This document shows, in pieces, positions 9,901 to 16,352 of a stretch of 64,000 nucleotides of DNA. Position 1 is the first letter of the stretch, and each line of letters begins with the position of its first letter. The notes under the pieces were generated by a model. It saw nothing but the letters and a program-made list of their open reading frames with translations. It did no database searches and was not told the origin of the DNA. The stretch comes from Clostridia bacterium (GTDB taxonomy: Bacteria; Bacillota; Clostridia; Christensenellales; Borkfalkiaceae): the NCBI GenBank assembly GCA_029066845.1, contig JAIEFR010000017.1, forward strand, positions 56,805-120,804. The letters run 5' to 3'. The position numbers and the translations under genes are program-made.

Positions 9901-10443
9901 GTAAACGTACTCGTACTCGATACCGAAGTTTACTCCAACACCGGCGGTCAGGCTTCCAAGTCCACCAACATCGGTGCGGTTGCCAAGTTCGCTTCCGCAG
10001 GCAAGAGGGTCAAGAAGAAGGACCTCGGTATGATTGCAAAGTCCTACGGCTACGTATACGTTGCACAGTGCGCTATGGGCTCCAACCCCGCACAGCTTCT
10101 TAAAGCTCTGAGCGAGGCGGAAGCTTATCACGGACCTTCCCTCATTATCTGCTACGCTCCCTGCATCAACCACGGTATCAATATGACCAAGAGCCAGCTT
10201 GAAGAAAAGGCGGCTGTTGACTGCGGTTACTGGCAGCTTTACAGATACAACCCCGAAGGCGAGGTATTCACGCTGGATTCCAAGGATCCTACGGGCGACT
10301 ACCAGGCGTTCCTTGCAGGCGAAACGCGCTACGCTTCCCTCGTTAAGACGCAGGGTGCCGAAGTTGCCGGCGAGCTGTTCAAGAAGACCGAGGAGTCTGC
10401 TAAGGCAAGACTTGAAGGCTATAAGAAGCTTGCAGGCAAGTAA
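6913..10443 (+). CDS. nifJ: Pyruvate:ferredoxin (flavodoxin) oxidoreductase, single-chain PFOR
   Basis: 1176 aa. N-terminal [28 protein letters not shown], two 4Fe-4S ferredoxin motifs ([25 protein letters not shown]), TPP-binging [9 protein letters not shown]. GGAGG RBS upstream. Confidence 0.95.
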   Translation: [1176 protein letters not shown]

Positions 10444-10519
10444 GCGGTGAGCCACCGCAGCCAAGTCCTTTAACTGCTTGGTTGATTGACGAACTTGGTT
10501 ACAACAAAACTTAAAATGA

Positions 10520-10548
10520 GCCCCGCGGCGAATGCCGCGGGGCTTTTA
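10520..10548 (+). terminator. Rho-independent terminator of the PFOR gene
   Basis: gccccgcggc-gaat-gccgcggggc followed by TTTT. Confidence 0.75.
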
Positions 10549-10578
10549 AAATTGTGTTCATCTATCCTTCGTAATTTG

Positions 10579-10608
10579 TTGACAAGTTGCGCATTGCAAT
10601 GATAAAAT
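10579..10608 (+). promoter_or_regulatory. Candidate promoter of tRNA-Ala
   Basis: TTGACA (10579-10584), 18-nt spacer, TAAAAT (10603-10608), about 12 nt before the tRNA 5' end. Confidence 0.4.
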
Positions 10609-10620
10609 ATAATGCGTTAC

Positions 10621-10696
10621 GGGGATATAGCACAGTTGGTAGCGCGATACGTTCGCAACGTATAGGTCAGGGGTTCGAATCCCCTTATCTCCACCA
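10621..10696 (+). tRNA. tRNA-Ala (anticodon CGC), CCA encoded
   Basis: Hand-folded 76-nt cloverleaf. Acceptor GGGGATA/TATCTCC with the G3:U70 alanine identity pair. Anticodon arm ATACG-TTCGCAA-CGTAT (anticodon CGC). T-arm AGGGG-TTCGAAT-CCCCT. One A12:C23 mismatch in the D-stem. Confidence 0.88.
10678..10696 (+). repeat. Left copy of 19-nt direct repeat (attL core, inside the tRNA 3' end)
   Basis: aatccccttatctccacca, identical to 16256-16274. Confidence 0.85.
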
Positions 10697-10698
10697 AT

Positions 10699-10747
10699 AG
10701 CAACCTAAAACGAACCACTTTTAAAGTGTCAAGTTTAGGTTGCTTTT
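10699..10747 (+). terminator. Hairpin plus T-run directly after the tRNA (terminator supplied by the inserted element)
   Basis: agcaacctaaa ... tttaggttgct (11-bp stem) followed by TTTT. Confidence 0.5.
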
Positions 10748-10774
10748 ATATTACAAATTATTTAAGGTGTGAAA

Positions 10775-11047
10775 ATGAACATTAAGGAAACAATATTGCA
10801 CTATCTATTCGTATATGGAGGAGAATATGAAAGCGCAATGGAACGAGTAAAAAATAAATTGTTTAGGGGGTTATCTCGTAAAGAACAAGCTCAAATGGAT
10901 AATTCCATTTTTTTCGCTTTTGAAGATTTAAAAAATAAAAAGAATATTGAACTCATAACTTGTGAAAAAATGACAGCTGAACAATTACGAAAATTTAATA
11001 CCGAAGGCAAGACTTTTTATCGCATAATAAATAAAAGTATTGATTAA
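10775..11047 (+). CDS. Hypothetical small protein of the element
   Basis: AT-rich ORF. ATG at 10775 lies 5 nt after AAGGTG (the track start at 10769 is GTG). No family recognised. Confidence 0.45.
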   Translation: MNIKETILHYLFVYGGEYESAMERVKNKLFRGLSRKEQAQMDNSIFFAFEDLKNKKNIELITCEKMTAEQLRKFNTEGKTFYRIINKSID

Positions 11048-11069
11048 ACGGCGGTTTATGCCGCAAAAG

Positions 11070-11205
11070 GCTATTGACTGGAATTGCGGTGTGTTAGGCT
11101 CGTGCGCCAAAGGCAAACCAAAACCCGACTGTTTATCAGTCGGGTTGCTGTGTTTCGCCCTTATTTGCCTACAAACACACCGCAAGAAAGGTTTCAGTCA
11201 ATAGC
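11070..11205. other. Nested inverted-repeat structure of about 136 nt between convergent genes
   Basis: 11070-11080 pairs with 11195-11205 (11 bp). 11084-11095 pairs with 11174-11185 (12 bp). Inner 10-bp hairpin 11122-11146, plus ggcaaa/tttgcc. Confidence 0.5.
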
Positions 11206-11237
11206 ACTGTGGAATAAATAGCCGTTGTTCTACGGCT

Positions 11238-12746
11238 TTATATATAGATTTCTATTGTAAACTCGAATTTCGCTAATTCTCTGCGATGCGGTACTTTGTA
11301 TGCAAATTTAATAACTTTTGTGCTAATAGTAAAGCCCCGACGATTTTCATCATCAGGGCTTAATTTTATTGGACTATTAAATTGTATTTGTATTTTATCG
11401 TCAAAAAGTATTATTTGTTTGACAAGGCTGTTTATAAGCATTTTAGGCTCTAACCTTAACGCTTGCAAGTAAAACTCTCTTATATCGTTTTCAGACAGCA
11501 TTACTATTGATTTGCTTTTTTCTATAAGTATCTGCTTTTCTAAATCTTCTTGCTTGCTTTCAAGTTCTTTTAAACGCTTGGTAGTAGTGTTTGTAATAAC
11601 ACCTTTTTCAATAGCAACCATAATGTTTTGTATTGCACTTTCGATTGAACGCTGTTCCCTTAAAAGTAGGTTTAATACCGTATCGCTTTTGGCTTGCCGT
11701 TCCTGCTCGAACATAAGACCGTTTATAATTTCCGTTATGCGTTGCAGTGAATTAAGTTCCTGCAATATACAGTCAAGTACGATATTTTCCAAAACTTCTT
11801 TACGCATTGCCTGCTTATGACAGTCTGTTATATTTGCTTTGCGCCCACGACATTTGTAATAATACCGTCTTTCGCCGTTTCGTGCTGTGCCGTTTTCACC
11901 TACGATAGATTTACCGCAATAACCGCATATCATTTTGTCTTTTAAAAGGTATGTAATTTCTTCACTTTTCTTGCCGTACTTATTGGCTGAAATCTTTTTG
12001 CGTACTTTCTCAAAAGTTTCAGAAGATACTATTTGCGGATAGATATTGTCAAACACTTCGTTATTATAGCGGTAAATGCCCGAATAGCGTTCGTTCTTTA
12101 ATATCTTGTAAACGGTGTTTGTAACAAACCTTTTACCGTAATACAAAATACCTTTGCTCGTAAGCTCGGCTATTATGTCTTTTACAAATACGCCTTGTGC
12201 ATACTGCGTATAAATGAAGCGTACAACTTCGGCTTGTTCGGGTACGATAACGGCTTTCTTGTTTTCGTTCTTATAACCGTATGGAACTCGTCCGCCTGTA
12301 AGGTTGCCCTTTCTACGGCTTTCGTTATTGCCACGCCGTATCTTTTGCGATAACTCTGCGGAATAGTACTCGGCGTAACCTTCAAGCATACTTTCAAAGA
12401 TTATGCCTTCGGGTGTATCGGGTACAAACTCGGTAGCGGAAACAACTTTTGTTCCATTGTCTTTAAGCGTTTTTTTGTGCATAGCCGTTTCATACTTATT
12501 ACGGCTGAAACGGTCAAATTTATAAACGATAACATAATTCCATTCTCGCCGACTGCTTTCTTTAATCATACGCTGGAAATCAGGGCGGTTGTCGTTTGTT
12601 CCCGTCATTGCTCTGTCTATATAGGTATTGAGAATAATTATATCGTGAGTTCTTGCGTACTCTTGACAAACTCTCAACTGTCCGTCAATAGACTGTTCTG
12701 TTTGGCTGTCCGAACTGTATCGGGCATAGATAACTGCTGTTTTCAT
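11238..12746 (-). CDS. Large serine recombinase
   Basis: 502 aa. Resolvase-type N-terminus VIYARYSSDSQ (catalytic Ser) ... DRFSRN, recombinase domain, Cys-rich zinc-ribbon (CGYCG ... YYKCRGR ... C), coiled-coil C-terminal region. Confidence 0.9.
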   Translation of the reverse strand: MKTAVIYARYSSDSQTEQSIDGQLRVCQEYARTHDIIILNTYIDRAMTGTNDNRPDFQRMIKESSRREWNYVIVYKFDRFSRNKYETAMHKKTLKDNGTKVVSATEFVPDTPEGIIFESMLEGYAEYYSAELSQKIRRGNNESRRKGNLTGGRVPYGYKNENKKAVIVPEQAEVVRFIYTQYAQGVFVKDIIAELTSKGILYYGKRFVTNTVYKILKNERYSGIYRYNNEVFDNIYPQIVSSETFEKVRKKISANKYGKKSEEITYLLKDKMICGYCGKSIVGENGTARNGERRYYYKCRGRKANITDCHKQAMRKEVLENIVLDCILQELNSLQRITEIINGLMFEQERQAKSDTVLNLLLREQRSIESAIQNIMVAIEKGVITNTTTKRLKELESKQEDLEKQILIEKSKSIVMLSENDIREFYLQALRLEPKMLINSLVKQIILFDDKIQIQFNSPIKLSPDDENRRGFTISTKVIKFAYKVPHRRELAKFEFTIEIYI

Positions 12747-12938
12747 AGTTCTTAAAACTCCTTAAATTTTATTTTGTCTTTCGACAAGGGGCGAACAAAC
12801 GGAAACGCAATGGCAGTTTGCTTAATTTCTTTTTATTCGCTTACCGGTCAAGGGTTGCCGAACGGCAATGCACTTTACCCTTGACGGAAAGTGCGTTTTC
12901 GTTTACGCTCCGCCGGACGATAGACAAAATATTTACAG

Positions 12939-13841
12939 TCAGTTACATTTAGGCATTTGGGCTAATATTTCGGGACTGACTTTTCCTAAAATTTCGCCGT
13001 CAACTATGCAACGAAAACTGTCAAATAAAAGTAGTTTTCTATCGTCCACGCCGTAAGGGCAGGCAACGTCATCATCAAGTATGTCCGACCTTGTATAAGT
13101 GGGTAGTTTACCGCCGTAAACTAATTTCTCGCCCGACTTCTCTATGTATTTGAGTAGGTATTTTACGGACTGCGTTATATCAAGCGGTATTTCAATAGGC
13201 TTGAAATCATTACGCCCGAACTCTTTTAAAAAGTGAGTGTTTTGATAAGTTGTCTGCATACGGTGGCTTTTCGTGCTGTAATCTTTAACTTTCGTAATTT
13301 TACCTATCATTTTCGGTGTATAAAATATTCCGTGAAAGTGTAGTCTGTTTGTTTCGGGCGCACGTTCCCAAACGCCGATATATTTCCAACCGTTACGGCA
13401 AACGGCGTGTTTTAAAGTGTTCCGCAATTTCTTCTTAAATGTTTCTTCCGTGTGTAGGGCGTTATCGTAAGTGAACGTAACAAAGTAATGCCATTCGCCT
13501 TGCGTGTAAATCTTTCGCCATAATCGGGTATTGCGTTTATATGCGTTGATTTTCTTACGTTCGATATTCTGTGCGACAAATTCTTTTAATTGCTCGGCGT
13601 TCTTAAATTCGTCTTTCAGTTTTTCTTTGATATACTTTTTTCGCTTTCGCTTTGGTAGTGCTTGACTTTCCGCATACGCCGTTTCAAATTTCTCTTTGGG
13701 TGTAGGTGAGGCGTTTCCGTCTTGCTTGGGTTTTGGTGGTTTAGGCTTTTTCCTTTTGCGTGTACTGCTCGGAAAGTTTTCGGGCGGTATTGCTATATAA
13801 TGACCGCCGTCAAAATATACTTTGGTTTCTCTGTATGGCAT
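12939..13841 (-). CDS. HUH-superfamily rolling-circle replication initiator (two-tyrosine, phiX174/P2 gpA-like motif set)
   Basis: 300 aa. Motif 1 FVTFTYD, motif 2 LHFHGIFY (HUH), motif 3 VKYLLKYIEK (Y-x3-Y). Basic Lys/Pro-rich N-terminal region. GGAG RBS. Confidence 0.7.
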   Translation of the reverse strand: MPYRETKVYFDGGHYIAIPPENFPSSTRKRKKPKPPKPKQDGNASPTPKEKFETAYAESQALPKRKRKKYIKEKLKDEFKNAEQLKEFVAQNIERKKINAYKRNTRLWRKIYTQGEWHYFVTFTYDNALHTEETFKKKLRNTLKHAVCRNGWKYIGVWERAPETNRLHFHGIFYTPKMIGKITKVKDYSTKSHRMQTTYQNTHFLKEFGRNDFKPIEIPLDITQSVKYLLKYIEKSGEKLVYGGKLPTYTRSDILDDDVACPYGVDDRKLLLFDSFRCIVDGEILGKVSPEILAQMPKCN

Positions 13842-13853
13842 AAATAAAACTCC

Positions 13854-13988
13854 TTATTTTTCATTTTGCTCTTTTAATTCTTTAATGCGTGCCAAAAGCG
13901 TTTCAAAAAATGACTGCTGTTCAGCTTCGGGCAATACTGAAATTTTAGGCTCGCCTATCGTTTCAGTTTCTAATTCAGTTTTTAGCAC
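13854..13988 (-). CDS. Possible 44-aa ORF upstream of Rep (below the track size cut-off)
   Basis: GTG at 13988 lies 6 nt after AAGGAGGTG. Translation VLKTELETETIGEPKISVLPEAEQQSFFETLLARIKELKEQNEK. The stop sits 12 nt before the Rep ATG. Confidence 0.3.
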   Translation of the reverse strand: MLKTELETETIGEPKISVLPEAEQQSFFETLLARIKELKEQNEK

Positions 13989-14185
13989 TTTTGGCACCTC
14001 CTTAATTTTTTGTGGTTTAATTGTAAGCAACTTTTATCAGCGTATTCCAGAGTATTTACTTAACTAAAATTGCGGAAAACCAAAGATAATCTTCACATTT
14101 CTTCGGGTTTGAGTAATCAAGTTATACTGTTTAAACAGGAAGACTAATTTCCTGTTTGAAAAAATAATTCATAAACTCGCAAGGT

Positions 14186-14410
14186 TTTTGCGACTTATAA
14201 AAATTTCTCTCAACTCTTTAAGTACAAAAATTTTGAAAAGTTGACGGTTTTGCGAAATCTTTATAACATTCAATGTGGCAAGGTATTTGCCACATTGAAA
14301 AACTTTTCATATCTTTCAGGACAAAAAATTTCAAATTACAACCTTTTTGCAAAAGATAGCCGTAAAAATTTTTCCTTACATATCTTTAAGTACAAAAATT
14401 TGTGAAAAGT
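14186..14410. repeat. Three degenerate tandem units with an iteron-like core TCTTTAAGTACAAAAATTT
   Basis: Core copies at about 14213-14240, 14311-14337 (degenerate) and 14382-14410. Each is preceded by a ttttgcRa...ataaaa block. Confidence 0.55.
14271..14297. other. Perfect 11-bp stem hairpin (candidate Rep nick/dso hairpin)
   Basis: caatgtggcaa-ggtat-ttgccacattg, embedded between the iteron-like units. Confidence 0.5.
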
Positions 14411-14567
14411 CGTATGTTTTTCTGTGCAGGAACCTAACATTTGCAGAGCAGAAAACCCACATTAGCACACATTTTCGGGCATAAACGGCGGTTTTCGGTC
14501 AAGGGCAAAAGCCGTACAAAATAAAAAATAACCCTATGCTAAAAAAGCATAAGGTTAAAAAATAAAC

Positions 14568-14632
14568 CGCCGCAAGGGAAACGGCGAATCGCCAAGCGGT
14601 TTAGCGGCGAACGCCGTCCCTGCGGCGTTTTT
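14568..14632 (+). other. GC-rich extended hairpin followed by T5 (terminator-like; candidate sso/ncRNA element)
   Basis: cgccgcaaggga / tccctgcggcg outer stem. Nested acggcg/cgccgt and tcgcc/ggcga stems. Apical loop contains TAGCGG. Followed by TTTTT. Confidence 0.5.
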
Positions 14633-14661
14633 ATCTTACTTTTTTATTAGGTTTTTTCTTT

Positions 14662-14721
14662 TGTGGCGGGTGCTTGACGGCGCACGAAGTGCGCCGCTCG
14701 TTATATCAAGCACCCGCCACA
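14662..14721. other. Second GC-rich extended hairpin (16-bp + 8-bp perfect stems)
   Basis: tgtggcgggtgcttga / tcaagcacccgccaca, coaxial with cggcgcac-gaa-gtgcgccg. 9-nt 3' bulge. No T-run on either strand. Confidence 0.5.
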
Positions 14722-14849
14722 GTGCCAAAGTTAAAAATGTGTTGTAAAATTGTAGATTTAAAAATTTTATTTTGCTATAATTTTTATAATGTTATGGGCG
14801 AGTTTTGTCCACTTGCAAATGTTATAATATAAATGAGGGGTATAGAAAA

Positions 14850-15116
14850 ATGAATAAAACCGCAAAGAAAACAATTATAGTTCACATTTTAAAAATTTTA
14901 TATTGTTATTCTTCTTCTGATTACCCTGTAACGCAAACATTTATTGCCGATTACTTAAATGATATTGATATAGCTTGCGATAGAAAGACAGTCGGCAGAA
15001 ATATGAAATATTTAATTGATATGGGTTTGCCCATTGTCAAAAGTCAAGGTTCAAAGCGTGGTTATTACTACGATATTGAAAACGACAAATTTTTTATAAG
15101 GAAAAATATAAAATGA
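14850..15116 (+). CDS. Small winged-helix (HTH) DNA-binding-like protein
   Basis: 88 aa from ATG 14850 (GAGGGG RBS). ILKILY...YPVTQTFIADYLN...CDRKTVGRNMKYLIDMGLPI resembles an HTH_11/DeoR-type N-terminal wHTH. Assignment tentative. Confidence 0.55.
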   Translation: MNKTAKKTIIVHILKILYCYSSSDYPVTQTFIADYLNDIDIACDRKTVGRNMKYLIDMGLPIVKSQGSKRGYYYDIENDKFFIRKNIK

Positions 15117-15373
15117 TAAAAGTTCTTGTATTTTATTTAGTTTTTTGGTGGTTTACAAAACTCGAAAACAAAAAACTAATTATTGTGCGTGCAATATTGG
15201 CAAGTGTTTTAGCTGTATTTTTCCTAATGGGTGCCATCACTATATTTACTGAACCGCATTTCATAAAAGACGGCTTTGCCTTTATGGGTATTTTTGCTCT
15301 CATACCGTCTATATTGTTCGCTATAAGAGCAATTTTTGATATTAAAAAATTATTATTAGAAAGAAAACAATAA
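15113..15373 (+). CDS. Small membrane protein (2-3 TM)
   Basis: 86 aa and hydrophobic. ATGA overlap with the upstream gene. Confidence 0.5.
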   Translation: MIKVLVFYLVFWWFTKLENKKLIIVRAILASVLAVFFLMGAITIFTEPHFIKDGFAFMGIFALIPSILFAIRAIFDIKKLLLERKQ

Positions 15374-15400
15374 ATTAAAAATTAAAATAGGAGATAATAA

Positions 15401-15826
15401 ATGGACGCTCAAACAGCAAAAGATACTTTTTGGAAATACTTTGACGAATATGTTGAAAAAATGGGAAATGAATTTTACGTTACTCACGTTAAGGGTGGCA
15501 AAAATCAGGCTGCTGGAAATATAAATAATCATTCGCCTATGGCAATGCAGACGATTTGTTGTGAATACAAATACCGTGATAATGTCATTTTAGTACAGGT
15601 TTATATAAATCAAAATATTGAGCTTTTTGAAAAATTATATGCAAAAAAGGAAGAAATAGAAAAACAGCTAGGTTATATAGTTGAATGGGTTGAACACGGA
15701 AAAACAAGCAATTCTGTTAGAAGAATACAAAAAAAATTCTATATAAATAAACCGCTTAATGAAATGGTTGAAACTGTTTATCCGTATGTTTTAGACTTCA
15801 TTAAGGTTTTCAGCCCACTTATTTAA
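15401..15826 (+). CDS. Hypothetical protein, possibly DUF4268-like
   Basis: 141 aa with AGGAG RBS. The N-terminal FWKYFDEYVEK pattern recalls DUF4268 from memory. Not verified. Confidence 0.5.
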   Translation: MDAQTAKDTFWKYFDEYVEKMGNEFYVTHVKGGKNQAAGNINNHSPMAMQTICCEYKYRDNVILVQVYINQNIELFEKLYAKKEEIEKQLGYIVEWVEHGKTSNSVRRIQKKFYINKPLNEMVETVYPYVLDFIKVFSPLI

Positions 15827-15857
15827 AATTACGAACTCGGTTGGAGGTTTGATATTC

Positions 15858-16097
15858 GTGAAAAAACATAAATGGACAAAAGAAGAAACTCGAATTGCTC
15901 TTAATGCTTATCTTAATGGAATGCCGAGTATTGAAGCAAGAATTTTAGCCAAAAGTTTAGGTTTAAATTCAAATGCTTTTTGTATGCGTATGGCAAATTT
16001 TAAGTATTTAGATACAAACGGCAAATCTGGTTTAAGTAAAATTAAAAAATTAGAACAAGAAGTTTGGGACGAATATTGCAAAAGTAAAAGTCCTTAA
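15858..16097 (+). CDS. Hypothetical small protein
   Basis: 79 aa from GTG 15858 (GGAGG 10 nt upstream; the track TTG at 15849 is too close to the RBS). WTKEE...NAFCMRMANFKYLD...GLS...VWDEY recalls, from memory, the N-terminal region seen fused to some HNH restriction enzymes. No nuclease domain is present. Confidence 0.45.
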   Translation: MKKHKWTKEETRIALNAYLNGMPSIEARILAKSLGLNSNAFCMRMANFKYLDTNGKSGLSKIKKLEQEVWDEYCKSKSP

Positions 16098-16146
16098 AAG
16101 AAAATGACTTATAAATATTCGTTTTAGGTTACTAATTCTCCACCAA

Positions 16147-16183
16147 AAGCGGCAGCAGTCGAACACGACTGTTGCCGCTTTTT
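16147..16183 (+). terminator. Strong terminator of the cargo operon
   Basis: gcggcagcagtcg-aaca-cgactgttgccgc (13 bp, one G:U) followed by TTTTT. Confidence 0.8.
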
Positions 16184-16255
16184 ATGAGTCAGGGGTAAAC
16201 AGAACCCCTGTGGGTTCGCCCGCCCGCGTAGCGGTCGCACGGAGCGTAGCGAAGT

Positions 16256-16274
16256 AATCCCCTTATCTCCACCA
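16256..16274 (+). repeat. Right copy of 19-nt direct repeat (attR core)
   Basis: aatccccttatctccacca, identical to the tRNA 3' end at 10678-10696. Confidence 0.85.
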
Positions 16275-16276
16275 GC

Positions 16277-16306
16277 GAAAAAGACAGGTTAAAACCTGTC
16301 TTTTTT
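16277..16306 (+). terminator. Terminator immediately after the duplicated tRNA end (probable original tRNA terminator)
   Basis: gacagg-ttaaaa-cctgtc followed by TTTTTT. Confidence 0.65.
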
Positions 16307-16352
16307 GCTGTATGTGGGTTCGGACTCAAGCCACGGCAGTTTACTATTTTTT

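Larger units (their letters stand above)
10697..16274. mobile_element. Integrated element of about 5.6 kb in the tRNA-Ala 3' end (serine recombinase + RCR Rep + cargo)
   Basis: Bounded by an exact 19-nt duplication of the tRNA 3' end. Composition shifts abruptly to AT-rich. Carries recombinase and Rep genes and origin-like repeats. Confidence 0.75.

Noticed and set aside
8023-10464. 813-aa ORF on the minus strand
   Set aside because: It lies entirely antisense to the strongly recognisable PFOR gene. Its composition is Arg/Ala/Val/Leu-rich shadow-frame sequence typical of GC-rich DNA. It has no RBS or recognisable motifs.
10697-11237. Expected tyrosine integrase next to the tRNA
   Set aside because: I looked for one on both strands between the tRNA and the serine recombinase, and elsewhere in the island. 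Only a 90-aa unknown ORF and a structured non-coding segment are present.
12868-14067. Plus-strand ORFs 12868-13056 and 13822-14067 in the element
   Set aside because: They are antisense to the Rep gene and to the strongly RBS-preceded 44-aa ORF. They have no RBS and an odd composition.
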